Origin: Hydrurus foetidus
Taxonomy: Eukaryota
DNA length: 64,000 bases
Reading direction: 5' to 3'
NCBI GenBank assembly: GCA_900617105.1
Contig: UYFQ01000057.1
Coordinates: forward strand, 1-64,000
The notes beneath the pieces are model-generated. The model made no database searches. It saw only the letters and a program-made list of their open reading frames with translations, and was not told the origin of the DNA. The position numbers and the translations under genes were made by a program. Of the stretch, positions 36,161-47,090 are shown piece after piece. The first letter of the stretch is position 1. Each line of letters opens with the position of its first letter.

Positions 36161-37789
36161 CTAGGCCAGGCCCTGGCGCCGGGAGTCTTTTTCCTGGTAC
36201 ATGCAGAGGTCGCAGCGGTGCAGCCAGGTGTCCAGCGTATCGCCCACTTCAGCTACCGCCACACCCACGCTGGCGGTAACCTCTAACCCGGGGTGCAGTG
36301 CATCCCAGTCAAAGCTGCGAACGGCGTCATGAATGCGTTGGGCCAAGCCTTCAGCGTCGCGCTCGTCCACGTGCGCAAAGGCCACCACAAACTCGTCACC
36401 ACCCAAGCGCACTGGCACATCGCCTTCGCGCACAAAGCTGCACAAAATATCCGCCAATGCCTTGAGCACGACATCGCCCACGCGGTGCGAAAAGTTGTCG
36501 TTGATGCGCTTGAAGTGGTCCACATCCACAAACGCCATGGCGGGTGACAAGCCACGCTCCTGGCCCTTGCGCAGCACCTCGGGCACCATGTCTTCCAGGT
36601 GGCGGCGGTTGAACAGCCCGGTCAGCGCGTCTTCCATGGCCAGCTGCTGCAGGCGCTGGGTTTCCTCTGCCAGTCTGCGGGCATTGGCGTGGTTGGCGCG
36701 GGCCTTGAGTTGCCATTCAATGCGTTCTTCGCGGCTGCGGATGGCTTCCAGGCGCAGGTTGTTTTCTCGCAGCCTGAGGGCGCGTAAAAATGCCTGCGCC
36801 AGCCGGTCTTTGCCCTGTGCAGACAGCACCTGGGCACTGAGCAGGTAGGCAATGCCCACCATGTGCTCGTTGTCGATCTGGTTGGCCATCTCCAGCATGC
36901 GCTGCGCCTGGGCCTCGGCCTGCGCCCAGTCTTCGCGGGCCCACGCAATTTCGGTGCGCAGCCAAATTTCCATCAGTGTGACGGAAGGGTTGCTGTCACC
37001 CCGCGCCTGGGCGCTCTGGGCAAAGTCGGCGTTTTGTTGCGCAAGCTCCCACTGGCCCAGCCAGCAGGCTTCAAAGCCATCGGCCAGCCCCAACATCACT
37101 TGGGTTTTCACGAAGGCACCCTGCAACACCAGCAGATTGCTGGGCACTTCGGCGGCACGGGCGTGGGCATGGCGCAGATCGGCCAGCCGGGTGAGCGAAC
37201 GAAATTCGCCGTGGTAGTAGCGGTCAAAAAAGCAACGCGTGAGTTCCATGGCGCGCTGGTTGACGCGCGGCAGGTACGACTCCATCCACAGGCCGTTGGC
37301 GTCCAGCAAATCGATCGAGTGCTGCAGCGCGGCGTCGGCCTTGTCAAAGCTCGAGGCGCAGGCATAGGCCACACCCAGGTAGTTGTAAGACATGGCGACC
37401 GAGAGTGGCGCGCCGCCTTCGTTGAGTTTGGCGGCCAGCAGGGCCGCGTCCACACCCTCTTCGCTGTGGCCCATCACGCTCAGGGTGTGCGCAACGGCAG
37501 ACAGGGCCTCGGCCTCACCCGCCGGGTCCCCCACCAATTCAAATAACGCGGCCGCGCGCTGGGCGGTCTCCTGCGCCCGACGAAACCGCGACACCATGCG
37601 GTCCCCATGCGCCAGACACAGCAGCGCGTGGGCTTGCGCCTGCATATCCAGGGTGTTTTGAGCGTGCTGTAGGGCAGCTTTCGAGAGCGACTGACTCTGG
37701 GCCACATCGCCACGGTCCAGTGCGCGCTGGGCCTGGGCCAACAGCGAGAGCACAGGGACCGTCTCGGAGGGCAAGTTGGACGCGGACAT
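36161..37789 (-). CDS. TPR-containing diguanylate cyclase
   Basis: DALTGLFNRR, DVDHFKRIND, RLGGDEF; helical repeat N-terminus. Confidence 0.93.
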   Translation of the reverse strand: MSASNLPSETVPVLSLLAQAQRALDRGDVAQSQSLSKAALQHAQNTLDMQAQAHALLCLAHGDRMVSRFRRAQETAQRAAALFELVGDPAGEAEALSAVAHTLSVMGHSEEGVDAALLAAKLNEGGAPLSVAMSYNYLGVAYACASSFDKADAALQHSIDLLDANGLWMESYLPRVNQRAMELTRCFFDRYYHGEFRSLTRLADLRHAHARAAEVPSNLLVLQGAFVKTQVMLGLADGFEACWLGQWELAQQNADFAQSAQARGDSNPSVTLMEIWLRTEIAWAREDWAQAEAQAQRMLEMANQIDNEHMVGIAYLLSAQVLSAQGKDRLAQAFLRALRLRENNLRLEAIRSREERIEWQLKARANHANARRLAEETQRLQQLAMEDALTGLFNRRHLEDMVPEVLRKGQERGLSPAMAFVDVDHFKRINDNFSHRVGDVVLKALADILCSFVREGDVPVRLGGDEFVVAFAHVDERDAEGLAQRIHDAVRSFDWDALHPGLEVTASVGVAVAEVGDTLDTWLHRCDLCMYQEKDSRRQGLA

Positions 37790-37894
37790 AAGCACGGTAG
37801 TTGGGGCGTTGGGCCTAAAAAAGCTGATGACGCAGGGTAATCCCCTATACCCGAACCTGTCACTCCCCCAAACGGGTGAATTTGCAACCGTTGA

Positions 37895-38989
37895 TTACGA
37901 ACCCACCAAGGCCAGGGCCTTGACCTGGGCCCATACCGACTGCCCCACCGCAAGGCCTAAAGTGTCCACCGCCCGCCGTGTAACCCGCGCCAACAGGGGC
38001 GTTGCGCCACATGACAGTTGCACGACGGCTTGCGATGGATGCACGTCCGGCGCAATTGTGACAAGTACACATGGCAACACATTTTGTATGCTGGTTTGCA
38101 CAGGCGCCTGGGTGGTGATGCTCACATCGCGTGCCAACACGCGCAGACGCACGCGGTGACCCTGCGGCAGGCCCGGGTCACTGATCCACACGCTGCCGCC
38201 ATCAAAGGCAATGAGCGCGAGGTGCCAGGTGGTATCTATCGCCAGCACATGGCCGTCTAACAACGCCGCAGCGTCTTCGCCCACGCGCACGGGCCCATCC
38301 ACTTGGGCCAGCACGCGCGCCGTGGGGCCGCTGGCGCGCACCTGGCCCTGCTCCAGAACCACCAGGGTGTCGGCCAGGCGGGTTACCTCTTCCATGGCGT
38401 GGGTGACGTACAGCATGGGAATGTGCAACTCATCGCGCAGCCGCTCGAGCCAGGGCAGGATGTCCTGGCGGCGGGCCGGGTCCAGCGAGGCCAGGGGCTC
38501 GTCCAGCAGCAGCAGCTCCGGCTGCGTAGCCAGCGCACGGGCAATGGCCACGCGCTGGCGTTCACCGCCTGACAAGGCCTGGGTACGGCGGTGAAGCAGT
38601 GGCTCCAGCCCCAGCAAGGCAATGGCGTTTTCCAGTGCCAGCAGAGACTGCCCCGCACCGCGGCCTGCGCGCTTGTGGGCATAGGCCAGATTGGCCCGTA
38701 CGTCCAGGTGGTCGAACAAGCTGGCCTCCTGAAACACATAGCCCACCGGGCGGCGCCAGGCGGCCAGCGCAATGCCTTCTGCATCGTCTTGCCACACCTG
38801 GCCGTTCATGCAGATGCGCGCCTGAGCCGCCTGCTCCAGCCCGGCCACACAACGCAGCACCGTGGTCTTGCCCGAGCCGGAGGCGCCAAACAGCACGGTG
38901 ATGCCGCGCGCGGGCAAAGCCAAGTCCACGTCCAGCGTGAATCCGTGGCGCGGCAGGCGCAGGCGAATCTGGTTGGGTGCGGTGCTCAT
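37895..38989 (-). CDS. modC: Molybdate ABC ATPase
   Basis: [17 protein letters not shown]-terminal TOBE (TSIQN). Confidence 0.96.
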   Translation of the reverse strand: MSTAPNQIRLRLPRHGFTLDVDLALPARGITVLFGASGSGKTTVLRCVAGLEQAAQARICMNGQVWQDDAEGIALAAWRRPVGYVFQEASLFDHLDVRANLAYAHKRAGRGAGQSLLALENAIALLGLEPLLHRRTQALSGGERQRVAIARALATQPELLLLDEPLASLDPARRQDILPWLERLRDELHIPMLYVTHAMEEVTRLADTLVVLEQGQVRASGPTARVLAQVDGPVRVGEDAAALLDGHVLAIDTTWHLALIAFDGGSVWISDPGLPQGHRVRLRVLARDVSITTQAPVQTSIQNVLPCVLVTIAPDVHPSQAVVQLSCGATPLLARVTRRAVDTLGLAVGQSVWAQVKALALVGS

Positions 38990-39669
38990 GTGCGCAACCG
39001 GCTGCCCCGCGGGTTGAGCCAGCCCAGACCCAGCAGCACCACAAAGGAAAACAGCACCATGCCGGCCGACAGCCAGTGCGCCTGCGTGTACTGCAACGCC
39101 TCCACATGGCCATAGATCTGGGTGGAGACCACGCGGGTCTTGTCAGGGATATTGCCACCCAGCATCAGCACCACGCCAAACTCGCCCACGGTGTGCGCAA
39201 AGCTCAGCACCGCCGCAGTGACAAAACCCGGGCGAGCCAGCGGCACGGCCACGGTAAAGAACGCATCTAGCGGGCTGGCACGCAGCGTAGCCGCCACTTC
39301 CATGGGCCGGTTGCCCATGGACTCAAACGCGTGCTGCAAAGGCTGCACCGCAAACGGCAGCGAGTACACCACCGAGCCCAGCACCAGGCCCGCAAAGGTG
39401 AATGGCAGCAGGCCAAGACCCATGGCCTGTGTGAGTTGGCCCAAGGGCCCTTGCGGCCCCAGGCTCACCAGCAGGTAAAAGCCCAGCACCGTGGGCGGCA
39501 GCACCAGCGGCAGCGCCACCACAGCGCCCACCGGCCCGCGCCAGCGCGAGGCCGTGCGCGCCAGCCACCACGCCAGCGGCGTGGCCAGCAGCAGGAGCAG
39601 GCAGGTGCTTAGCGTGGCCAAACGCAAGGTCAGCGCTATGGCCCCCAGGTCGTCGGTGCTAATTGGCAT
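38986..39669 (-). CDS. modB: Molybdate ABC permease
   Basis: [24 protein letters not shown]. Confidence 0.96.
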   Translation of the reverse strand: MPISTDDLGAIALTLRLATLSTCLLLLLATPLAWWLARTASRWRGPVGAVVALPLVLPPTVLGFYLLVSLGPQGPLGQLTQAMGLGLLPFTFAGLVLGSVVYSLPFAVQPLQHAFESMGNRPMEVAATLRASPLDAFFTVAVPLARPGFVTAAVLSFAHTVGEFGVVLMLGGNIPDKTRVVSTQIYGHVEALQYTQAHWLSAGMVLFSFVVLLGLGWLNPRGSRLRT

Positions 39670-40423
39670 AGCCAAAGCTGCGGATCACGGACTTGGCCGC
39701 ATCGCTGCGCAAAAAGGCCATGAAGGCGGCGGCAGCCGCGTTGTCTTTGCCCGCATGGAGCACGATGGCATCGTGACGCAGCGGCGTGTGCAAGGTGGTG
39801 GGCACGACCCAGGCCGAGCCCTCAGCAATCTTGCCATCCACCATCACCTGCGACAGCGCCACGAAGCCCAGGGTCGCGTTGCCGGTATACACAAACTGGT
39901 AGGCCTGGCCGATGCTTTCGCCTTGCACCAGCTTGGGGCTCAGGCGGGTGGCCACGCCCAGCTTGGTCATCACCTCCATTGCGGCTGCGCCATAGGGTGC
40001 GAGCTTGGGGTCGGCCAGCGCCAGATGCGCGAAGCGGCCACTGCGCAGTACCTCGCCCTTGTCGTCCACCACGCCACTTTGGCGGCTCCACAGCACCAGG
40101 CGGCCCGTGGCGTAGGTGAACTGCGAGGCAGCAACCCCCGCACCCTCTTTGCCCAGACGCGTGGGGGTTTCGTCATCCGCCGACAGCAGCACCTGAAAGG
40201 GCGCGCCGTTCTTGATCTGCGCATACAGCTTGCCCGTGGAACCCACCACCACCGTGGCCTTGTGGCCGGTGGCTGCGGCAAAGGCTGCTGCAATTTTCTG
40301 CACCGGTGCGCTGAAGTTGGCAGCCACCGCCACCGTCACTTCTTCGGCATGCAAGGCGCTGCTGGCCAACACAGCCAGGGCACACGCCCAACGCAGGATT
40401 TTTTTCATTGGGGTCACGGACAT
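39659..40423 (-). CDS. modA: Molybdate-binding periplasmic protein
   Basis: [26 protein letters not shown]. Confidence 0.96.
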   Translation of the reverse strand: MSVTPMKKILRWACALAVLASSALHAEEVTVAVAANFSAPVQKIAAAFAAATGHKATVVVGSTGKLYAQIKNGAPFQVLLSADDETPTRLGKEGAGVAASQFTYATGRLVLWSRQSGVVDDKGEVLRSGRFAHLALADPKLAPYGAAAMEVMTKLGVATRLSPKLVQGESIGQAYQFVYTGNATLGFVALSQVMVDGKIAEGSAWVVPTTLHTPLRHDAIVLHAGKDNAAAAAFMAFLRSDAAKSVIRSFGYAN

Positions 40424-40425
40424 TT

Positions 40426-40448
40426 CGCTATTCCAAAATGGGATAGCG
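40426..40448. promoter_or_regulatory. Probable ModE operator
   Basis: Inverted repeat CGCTAT-N11-ATAGCG between divergent modA and modE. Confidence 0.7.
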
Positions 40449-40461
40449 TAGCATAGCCCAT

Positions 40462-41247
40462 ATGACTCCCCCCTCTCCTATAGCCGGCTCCGGGCTGGCT
40501 GGCGCACTGGGCCACGAGGTCGCAGACAAGCGACTGGACATCCTGCGCCGCATTGGCCAAGTGGGCTCCATCTCTGAGGCCGCGCGCGGTGCCGACGTGA
40601 GCTACAAGGCCGCCTGGCAGGCCATCGACACGCTGACCAACCTGGCTGGCGCCCCGCTGGTGGAGCGCACGGTAGGCGGCAGTGGCGGCGGTGGCGCGCA
40701 GCTCACGGCCACGGGCCACCAATTGCTTGAAGCAGCGGACACCTTGGCCGCGCTGCGCCAGCAGGCGTTGGCCCAGGTGGCACAGCGCAATGCGCCAGCA
40801 GACGGTGCGGCACCGCGCCTGGCCGGGCTGGGCTTGCGCACCAGCATGCGCAACCAGCTGCCCTGCAAGGTCCTGGCGCTGCAGCGCGCCGGGCGGGCCA
40901 TGCAGGTGCGCCTGGGCCTGAGCGATGGCAGCACCCTGGCGTCTCGCATCACGCGTGAAAGTGCCGAGCTGCTGGGCCTGGCGGTGGGCAGCGAGGTGTT
41001 GGCCCTGGCCAAGGCTACGGCGGTGGCGGTGGTGGCCGCACCGGCAACAACATCGCCCGTGCCCAACCGCTTGCATGGCACGGTGGCACGGCTGGCGCGC
41101 TCTACTGCGGGGGATGAGGTGGTGCTCACGCTGGCCTGCGGGCTGCAGATGGTGGGCTTTTCCGCGCCGGGCCTGCAGCTCAAGGTGGGCCAGGCCGCCG
41201 TGGTGGTGTTTGACGATGCGGCCGTGGTGCTGGCCATCGGTGGCTAG
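40462..41247 (+). CDS. modE: Molybdate-responsive regulator
   Basis: GSISEAAR..SYKAAW HTH, TSMRNQ, two TOBE domains. Confidence 0.95.
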   Translation: MTPPSPIAGSGLAGALGHEVADKRLDILRRIGQVGSISEAARGADVSYKAAWQAIDTLTNLAGAPLVERTVGGSGGGGAQLTATGHQLLEAADTLAALRQQALAQVAQRNAPADGAAPRLAGLGLRTSMRNQLPCKVLALQRAGRAMQVRLGLSDGSTLASRITRESAELLGLAVGSEVLALAKATAVAVVAAPATTSPVPNRLHGTVARLARSTAGDEVVLTLACGLQMVGFSAPGLQLKVGQAAVVVFDDAAVVLAIGG

Positions 41248-41254
41248 CCTAGAC

Positions 41255-41300
41255 TGCTATTGTTTTTGTAGCTTCTTGCGCAATATCCACGGGGGCTAGC
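41255..41300 (+). repeat. 46-bp dispersed repeat
   Basis: TGCTATTGTTTTTGTAGCTTCTTGCGCAATATCCACGGGGGCTAGC, between convergent genes. Confidence 0.8.
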
Positions 41301-41312
41301 GCCCTATTTCTC

Positions 41313-42197
41313 TTATATTTCAACCGCAGCATCCTGCGCAGCGTCGATGAAGTCCGACACCAGCGCCAGCTGCGACAGCACGTTCAGCGCTGGTGCGTGG
41401 CCGCAGCCCGGCACCTCCACCAGTTGCAGGCGCCCCGCCGCCCCAGGCCCACGCGTGGTCATGGCTTGCACGGTCTCGCGCAGCACCAGATCGGACTCCG
41501 CACCGCGCAGGCACAGCACGGGCACCTGCACGCGGTCGTAGTGCTCCCAGATGCGGTAGTCGTCAGGCTGCAGGTTGAATTGCTGCACCATGGCCGGGTC
41601 GTAGTGCGGCGTCACGCGGCCATCGGGCAGGCGGCGCGTGGACGTTTCTGTCAGGCGACGCCACTGCGCATCGCTAAGCCAACCATACGGCTGGTACACC
41701 TGCCGAAAGAAGGCCTCCAGCTCCAGCACCGTGTCAAACGCGGGCGGGTTGCCCGCATAGGCGCGAATGCGGTCGATGGCGGCAGCGGACAGCTCGGGCG
41801 CGTTATCGTTCAGCGTGAGGCTGAGAATGCGAGGCTTCAGCTGTGGCTCCAACATTCCACCCGCACACACCGTGCCAATAGCGCCGCCCATGGAGGTGCC
41901 CACCCAATGGGCGCGTTCAATCTTCAGCGCATCCAACAGCTCGGCCGCCATGCGCGCGTAAAACGCCAGGCAGTATTCCTGCGCGGGGTTGCGGCTCCAA
42001 TGGCTCAGGCCGCGGCCCAGCGTGTCGGGGCAAATCACGCGGTAGCGCGGGCTCAGGTGCTGGGCCAGCTCGTCCATGTCGCGGCCCGTGCGCGCCAGGC
42101 CATGCCAGGCGATCACCACAGGCGCATCCGCAGCGCCCCATTCGGTGTAATGGACTTCGTAGCCCGCGCAGCGCAGGTAATGGGAGGTGGGGTTCAT
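41313..42197 (-). CDS. Alpha/beta hydrolase
   Basis: HGLAR, GTSMGG nucleophile elbow, GHAP. Confidence 0.92.
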   Translation of the reverse strand: MNPTSHYLRCAGYEVHYTEWGAADAPVVIAWHGLARTGRDMDELAQHLSPRYRVICPDTLGRGLSHWSRNPAQEYCLAFYARMAAELLDALKIERAHWVGTSMGGAIGTVCAGGMLEPQLKPRILSLTLNDNAPELSAAAIDRIRAYAGNPPAFDTVLELEAFFRQVYQPYGWLSDAQWRRLTETSTRRLPDGRVTPHYDPAMVQQFNLQPDDYRIWEHYDRVQVPVLCLRGAESDLVLRETVQAMTTRGPGAAGRLQLVEVPGCGHAPALNVLSQLALVSDFIDAAQDAAVEI

Positions 42198-42216
42198 GGG
42201 CAACGTCCTTGCGGGC

Positions 42217-43383
42217 CTAGCGCAGCAATTTGCCGGAGGCACCGATCACGGTGACCTCCACATAGTGGGAGCCCACGCGGTTGCTGGGCGAAAAACTCAC
42301 CCGGGTGCCGCCCAGGTCGTAGTTGTTGATGGTCTCCAGCGCCTTGACGAGCTTGCTGCGCGTGGGGTTGGGGCCAGCGCGGCGCAGGCCTTCCACCAGC
42401 ACCTTGGCGCCCAAAAATTCTTCGAAGCTGGTGTAGCTGGCGCCCTGGCCATCACCGTACTTTTGCAACAGCGCGTGGTACTCGCGCACGGCCGGCTTGT
42501 TGGCCATGAACGGGTACGGCACCACCTGCGAAATGCCCAGGCCGTGCACCGGTTTTACCCCGGCCAGCTTGACCAGCTCGGCCGGGTCCACCACCGAGAT
42601 GTTGTAGAGCTGCGCGCCACCCCCCGCATCGCGGTACTGGGTGGCAAACGCGGCCGTGGAGCGGTTTACCGAAATCATGATGACGGCTTGCGCGTCCGAG
42701 CCCTTGATGGCCTTCACTGCATCCTGCACTTGGTCGGTGTTGCGCTCGTAGGGCGCGGTAACCACCAGCGCCATGCCGCGCTTGGCCACAGCCGCCTCCA
42801 CGCCCACCAGGCCCGCCTTGCCAAAGGCGTCGTTCTGGTACATCACGGCAATGCGCGTCATGCCCAGTGTGGCCACCTGGTTGACCATGTGCTCAGTCTC
42901 GTCGGCATAGCCGGCACGCACATGGAAGATGTAGGGGTTGAACGGGCTGCGCAGCGCCTCGCCGCCCGTGTAGGGCGCCACCAGTGGCGCGCCGCCCACG
43001 TCCAGAATGCCTTCGCTCAGCAGCTTGGCCACATTGGCCGTGCCGGCAAAGCCAAACAGCGCAATCACCTCGGGGCGTTGCAGCGCCTCCTTGGTCAGGC
43101 GCACGGTCTCATCCACCTTGTAGCCATCGTCCAATACCGTGTGTTTGATCTTGGCGCCGAAGATGCCGCCGTTGTCATTCACCCAGTCGAAGTAGATCTT
43201 GCCGCCCAGCACCATCTGCTGGCCGGTGCTGGCCAGCACACCGCTGAGCGGTGCCACCTGAACAATGGTCAGGTCACCGGCACGGGCCTGTGGATGGCAG
43301 GCCATCCACACCAGCACAGTGCCCACCACGGCCAAGCGCAGGCGCGCAGTCCAAACATGCATACGGTTCATGGAAGTCTCCAA
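42217..43383 (-). CDS. ABC substrate-binding protein (Leu/Ile/Val-binding fold)
   Basis: APLSG, NGGIFG, DDGY, RAGYADE; start uncertain. Confidence 0.9.
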   Translation of the reverse strand: METSMNRMHVWTARLRLAVVGTVLVWMACHPQARAGDLTIVQVAPLSGVLASTGQQMVLGGKIYFDWVNDNGGIFGAKIKHTVLDDGYKVDETVRLTKEALQRPEVIALFGFAGTANVAKLLSEGILDVGGAPLVAPYTGGEALRSPFNPYIFHVRAGYADETEHMVNQVATLGMTRIAVMYQNDAFGKAGLVGVEAAVAKRGMALVVTAPYERNTDQVQDAVKAIKGSDAQAVIMISVNRSTAAFATQYRDAGGGAQLYNISVVDPAELVKLAGVKPVHGLGISQVVPYPFMANKPAVREYHALLQKYGDGQGASYTSFEEFLGAKVLVEGLRRAGPNPTRSKLVKALETINNYDLGGTRVSFSPSNRVGSHYVEVTVIGASGKLLR

Positions 43384-43389
43384 CTTGGG

Positions 43390-44454
43390 TTAGCGCTGGG
43401 CCGCAGCCCGCAGCCGCCCCACTACGCCGGTGGGGAAGTAATAGACCGACAGCACAAACAGCACGCCCAGCCACAGCAGCCAGCGGTCTGGCGACAGCAG
43501 GGCCGACAGCCAAGGCAAGCTGGCTGCCGCCTCGCTGCCCAGGCGCAGCAGGTCCTGCAAGTAGCTTTGCGCCACCAGGAACAGCACGGCGCCGACGATG
43601 GAGCCATACAGCGTCCCCATGCCACCAATCACCACAATGAGCAGCACGTCCATCATGATTTCGAACGACAGCGACGTGTCCGGCCCGTTGTAGCGCAGCC
43701 AGAGCGCCAGCATGGCGCCAGCCAGCGTGGCAAACACGGCCGAGAGGATGCTGGAGATGGTGCGGTACACCACCACGCGGTAGCCTATGGCCTCGGCGCG
43801 GAATTCGTTTTCACGGATGGCCTGCAGCACGCGACCAAACGGCGAATTCACGATACGCAGCAGCGCGAGGAACAGCACCACGGCCACCACAAACAGCAGG
43901 TAGTAGCAGAGCAAGCGGCCGTCCAACGAAGCACCCAAAAACGGCTCTTCGCTGAATTCGAAGCTGGGCGACAAGACCGCAGGCACCTTGAAGGTCAGGC
44001 CGTCTTCACCACCCGTGAACTCGTGCAACTGCGACGCCAGCGTAAGAAAAGCCGAGGCCACCGCCAGCGTGATCATGGCGAAGAAGATGGCGCGCACGCG
44101 CAGCGAAAACAGGCCAATGAGCCAGGCCAGCAGCAGCGACACGATCAACGCGCCCCCCACCCCCACGCCCAGCGCGCTCCAGGTAGCGCCCAGGCGCGTG
44201 GTGGCAATGGCAATGCCGTAGGCGCCAATGCCAAAGAACATGGTGTGCGCAAAGCTGACGATGCCGGTGTAGCCCAAGAGCAGGTCAAAGCTGGCCACCA
44301 GCACGATGAACACCAGCACCTTGGCCGCCACGTTGAGCGCCTTGACGCCGGGGAAGATAAACGGCGTGAACGCCAGCGCCAGTACCAGTGCGGCCAGCAT
44401 CAGCGCGAGCCAGCGGCTGCGGGGAAAGTCATTGGAAAGAAGTCGTTTGAACAT
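43390..44454 (-). CDS. LivM-type ABC permease
   Basis: LLGYTGIVSFAH, TGGEDG, AIRENEFRAEAIG. Confidence 0.92.
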   Translation of the reverse strand: MFKRLLSNDFPRSRWLALMLAALVLALAFTPFIFPGVKALNVAAKVLVFIVLVASFDLLLGYTGIVSFAHTMFFGIGAYGIAIATTRLGATWSALGVGVGGALIVSLLLAWLIGLFSLRVRAIFFAMITLAVASAFLTLASQLHEFTGGEDGLTFKVPAVLSPSFEFSEEPFLGASLDGRLLCYYLLFVVAVVLFLALLRIVNSPFGRVLQAIRENEFRAEAIGYRVVVYRTISSILSAVFATLAGAMLALWLRYNGPDTSLSFEIMMDVLLIVVIGGMGTLYGSIVGAVLFLVAQSYLQDLLRLGSEAAASLPWLSALLSPDRWLLWLGVLFVLSVYYFPTGVVGRLRAAAQR

Positions 44455-44464
44455 GTCTGCTCCC

Positions 44465-45469
44465 TTACCGATTGGCGACCGGATACACGCCTTGTGGGCG
44501 CCAGAGCAGGATGCCCACCATGAGTGCGATGTTGGAAAACAGCGCCACTTTGGGGACCAGGAAGCCGGTGTAGTTAGCCATCAGCCCCACCAGCAAAGCG
44601 CCGATGAGCGCGCCGCCCGTGGAGCCCAGGCCACCGATGATGATGACGATGAAGATCAGCACATTGACCTGCGCGCCCATCTGCGGCGTCACGGTTTGTT
44701 GGTACAGGCCCCACATCACGCCACCCAGGCCAGCCAGCGCGCTGCCCACAACAAACACACCGATGAACAGGCGCTTGATGCGGTAGCCCAGGCTCTCCAC
44801 CATCTCGCGGTCTTGCACGCCAGCGCGGATCAGCAGGCCGATCTTGGTGCGACTCAGCACCCAGGCCAGCGCGGCAAACACCACCAGGCCCACGACCACC
44901 GCCATGAGGCGGTATTTCTCGATGGCCGCATCGCCCAGCAGCACCGCGCCACGCATGCCTTCGGGCAGCGGCAGCGCAATCTGTGCTGGCCCCCAGACCA
45001 CCTTGATGAGTTCTTCCCCAATGATCATGCCGCCCATGGTGATGAGGATTTGCTTGAGGTGCTGGCCGTACACAGGCCGCACAATGAAGCGCTCAAACGC
45101 CAGGCCCAAGGCGCCCGCCACCGCCATGGCCACCAGCATGGCCGGGAACACGGCCACCAGGTTGCGCCACAGCTCGGTGGAGCCAGTCCAGTCGCCCATG
45201 GCGCCCATCACCGTAGTGGCCACAAAGGCACCCAGCGCGATGAACACGCCGTGGCCAAAGTTGAGCACGTCCATCAGGCCAAACACCAGCGTGAGGCCCG
45301 AGGCGATGATGAAAATAATCATGCCCATCGCCAAGCCTGCGACGGTCAATGTCAACCAGGTGGAACCTGAGCCAATCAGCGGCAAAGCGATCAACGCCAA
45401 CACCGGCACCAAGGCCAGCGGCTTCCAATCGAAGTCTTTTTTCAAGTTTTTGTCCATCAATGTGCTCAC
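44465..45469 (-). CDS. LivH-type ABC permease
   Basis: GLTLVFGLMDVLNFGHG, IIGGLGS. Confidence 0.92.
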   Translation of the reverse strand: MSTLMDKNLKKDFDWKPLALVPVLALIALPLIGSGSTWLTLTVAGLAMGMIIFIIASGLTLVFGLMDVLNFGHGVFIALGAFVATTVMGAMGDWTGSTELWRNLVAVFPAMLVAMAVAGALGLAFERFIVRPVYGQHLKQILITMGGMIIGEELIKVVWGPAQIALPLPEGMRGAVLLGDAAIEKYRLMAVVVGLVVFAALAWVLSRTKIGLLIRAGVQDREMVESLGYRIKRLFIGVFVVGSALAGLGGVMWGLYQQTVTPQMGAQVNVLIFIVIIIGGLGSTGGALIGALLVGLMANYTGFLVPKVALFSNIALMVGILLWRPQGVYPVANR

Positions 45470-46215
45470 AGTGCCAGCCCCAGCAGCGATTGCTGCAAGG
45501 CCGTGTCTTCGGCCAGCGCCTGCATGGAACCCGCATGCACCACGCGCCCGTTGTCCATCACCGCCACGCTGTCGCCCAGGCGTTTGGCGAAGTTCAGGTT
45601 TTGCTCGACCAGCAAAATGGTGGTGCCGGTGGCTTTGAGTTGGGCGAAAGCGTCGATCATGTTGTTGATGATGGCGGGCGCAAGCCCCTTACTGGGTTCG
45701 TCCACGATGAGCAAAGCGCGGGGTTCGACGATGGCACGCGCCACGGCGACCATCTGCTTTTGCCCGCCGGACAGCTTACCTGCGGGATGGTTCCAAAACT
45801 TCTCAACGGGGGGGAACAGCGAGAAGATCCACTTCAGGCGCTGCTCGTCCATGTCCGCTGCACGCTTGGCGCTGCGGGCCGCGAGCAGCATGTTCTCTTT
45901 GACGGTGAGGTCAGCAAAGATGCCCATCGTTTCAGGCACATACGCAATGCCCAGCTCGGCGATCTCGGGTGTGGTGCGGTGGGTGATGTCCAGCGGGGTG
46001 CTGCCGCCCTGCCCTGCAAACTGCACACGGCCTTGAGACGCTTGCCACAAGCCCATGATGGTGCGCAGCGTGGTGGTTTTACCGGCACCGTTGCGGCCCA
46101 GCAGCATGGTCAATTGGCCCTTGGGAATGACCAAATCCACGCCGTGGAGGATGTGGTACGCGCCAATGTGGGTGTGAACGCCGCTGAGCGTCAACAGGTT
46201 CTCGGTGGTACTCAT
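45466..46215 (-). CDS. LivF-type ABC ATPase
   Basis: GRNGAGKT, LSGGQKQM; own GGAGG RBS before the ATG at 46215. Confidence 0.9.
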   Translation of the reverse strand: MSTTENLLTLSGVHTHIGAYHILHGVDLVIPKGQLTMLLGRNGAGKTTTLRTIMGLWQASQGRVQFAGQGGSTPLDITHRTTPEIAELGIAYVPETMGIFADLTVKENMLLAARSAKRAADMDEQRLKWIFSLFPPVEKFWNHPAGKLSGGQKQMVAVARAIVEPRALLIVDEPSKGLAPAIINNMIDAFAQLKATGTTILLVEQNLNFAKRLGDSVAVMDNGRVVHAGSMQALAEDTALQQSLLGLAL

Positions 46216-47034
46216 GCGGCCTCCTCCCCGTTCGGGCTGAGCCTGTCGAAGCCCTTCGACAGGCTCAGGGCGAGCGGAGTTGGGCGCCACGCCCAAATAC
46301 GCTTCTTGAACGACGGGCGAGGCAATCACCTCGGCCGGGTCACCATCGGCCACCAGCGTGCCGTTATGCAGCACGATGATGCGGTCCGCCAGCTCGCGCA
46401 CCACGTCCATCTTGTGCTCCACCAGCAGAATGATTTTGGTCGGGTCTTGCTTGAGTGCGCGGATCAGGTTCAGGATCACCGGCGCCTCGTCCGCACTCAT
46501 GCCGGCCGTGGGCTCGTCGAACATGTAGACGTCCGGGTCCAGCGCCATCAGCAGCGCAACTTCCAGCTTGCGCTGGTCGCCATGCGGCAGGCTGGCCACC
46601 GCGGCATCTTGTTTGTCGCGCAGGGCGACGGTCTGCAGTATTTCCAGCGCGCGCTGCGTCAGGCCCGTGTGGTCGCTCCAGATGCTCCAGAGGTTCAGGC
46701 CACGCAAATGCTTGCCGCCCTGCGTGGCTTGCACCGCCAGGCGCACGTTCTCCAGCACGCTGAGGTTGGGGAACAGGTTGGTAAGCTGAAACGCCCGCCC
46801 CAACCCGGCCCGCGTGCGTGCCGAGGGGCTGAGGGACGACAGGTTGACCCCGTTCAGATACACCCTGCCCTGCGTGGCCTGCAACTGGCCCGAGATCAGG
46901 TTGAAGTACGTGGTCTTGCCCGCGCCATTGGGGCCGACGATGGCGGTCAGCGTGCCAGGCAAGAAATTGCAGCTGACAGCATTCACCGCCACGTGGCCGC
47001 CAAAGCGGATCGTGAGGTCTTTGGTTTCAAGCAT
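46216..47034 (-). CDS. LivG-type ABC ATPase; no stop codon, reads in frame into the LivF-type gene
   Basis: GPNGAGKT, LPHGDQRKLE, VQEAYLG. Confidence 0.88.
46228..46277. repeat. REP-like palindrome
   Basis: CTGAGCCTGTCGAAG-CC-CTTCGACAGGCTCAG, a 15-bp perfect stem. Confidence 0.85.
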
Positions 47035-47090
47035 AGGGTCCCCGCAGGTCGGGGTGAAGAGAGGCGGCACCCGCAGGTGCCGCCGGGAGA

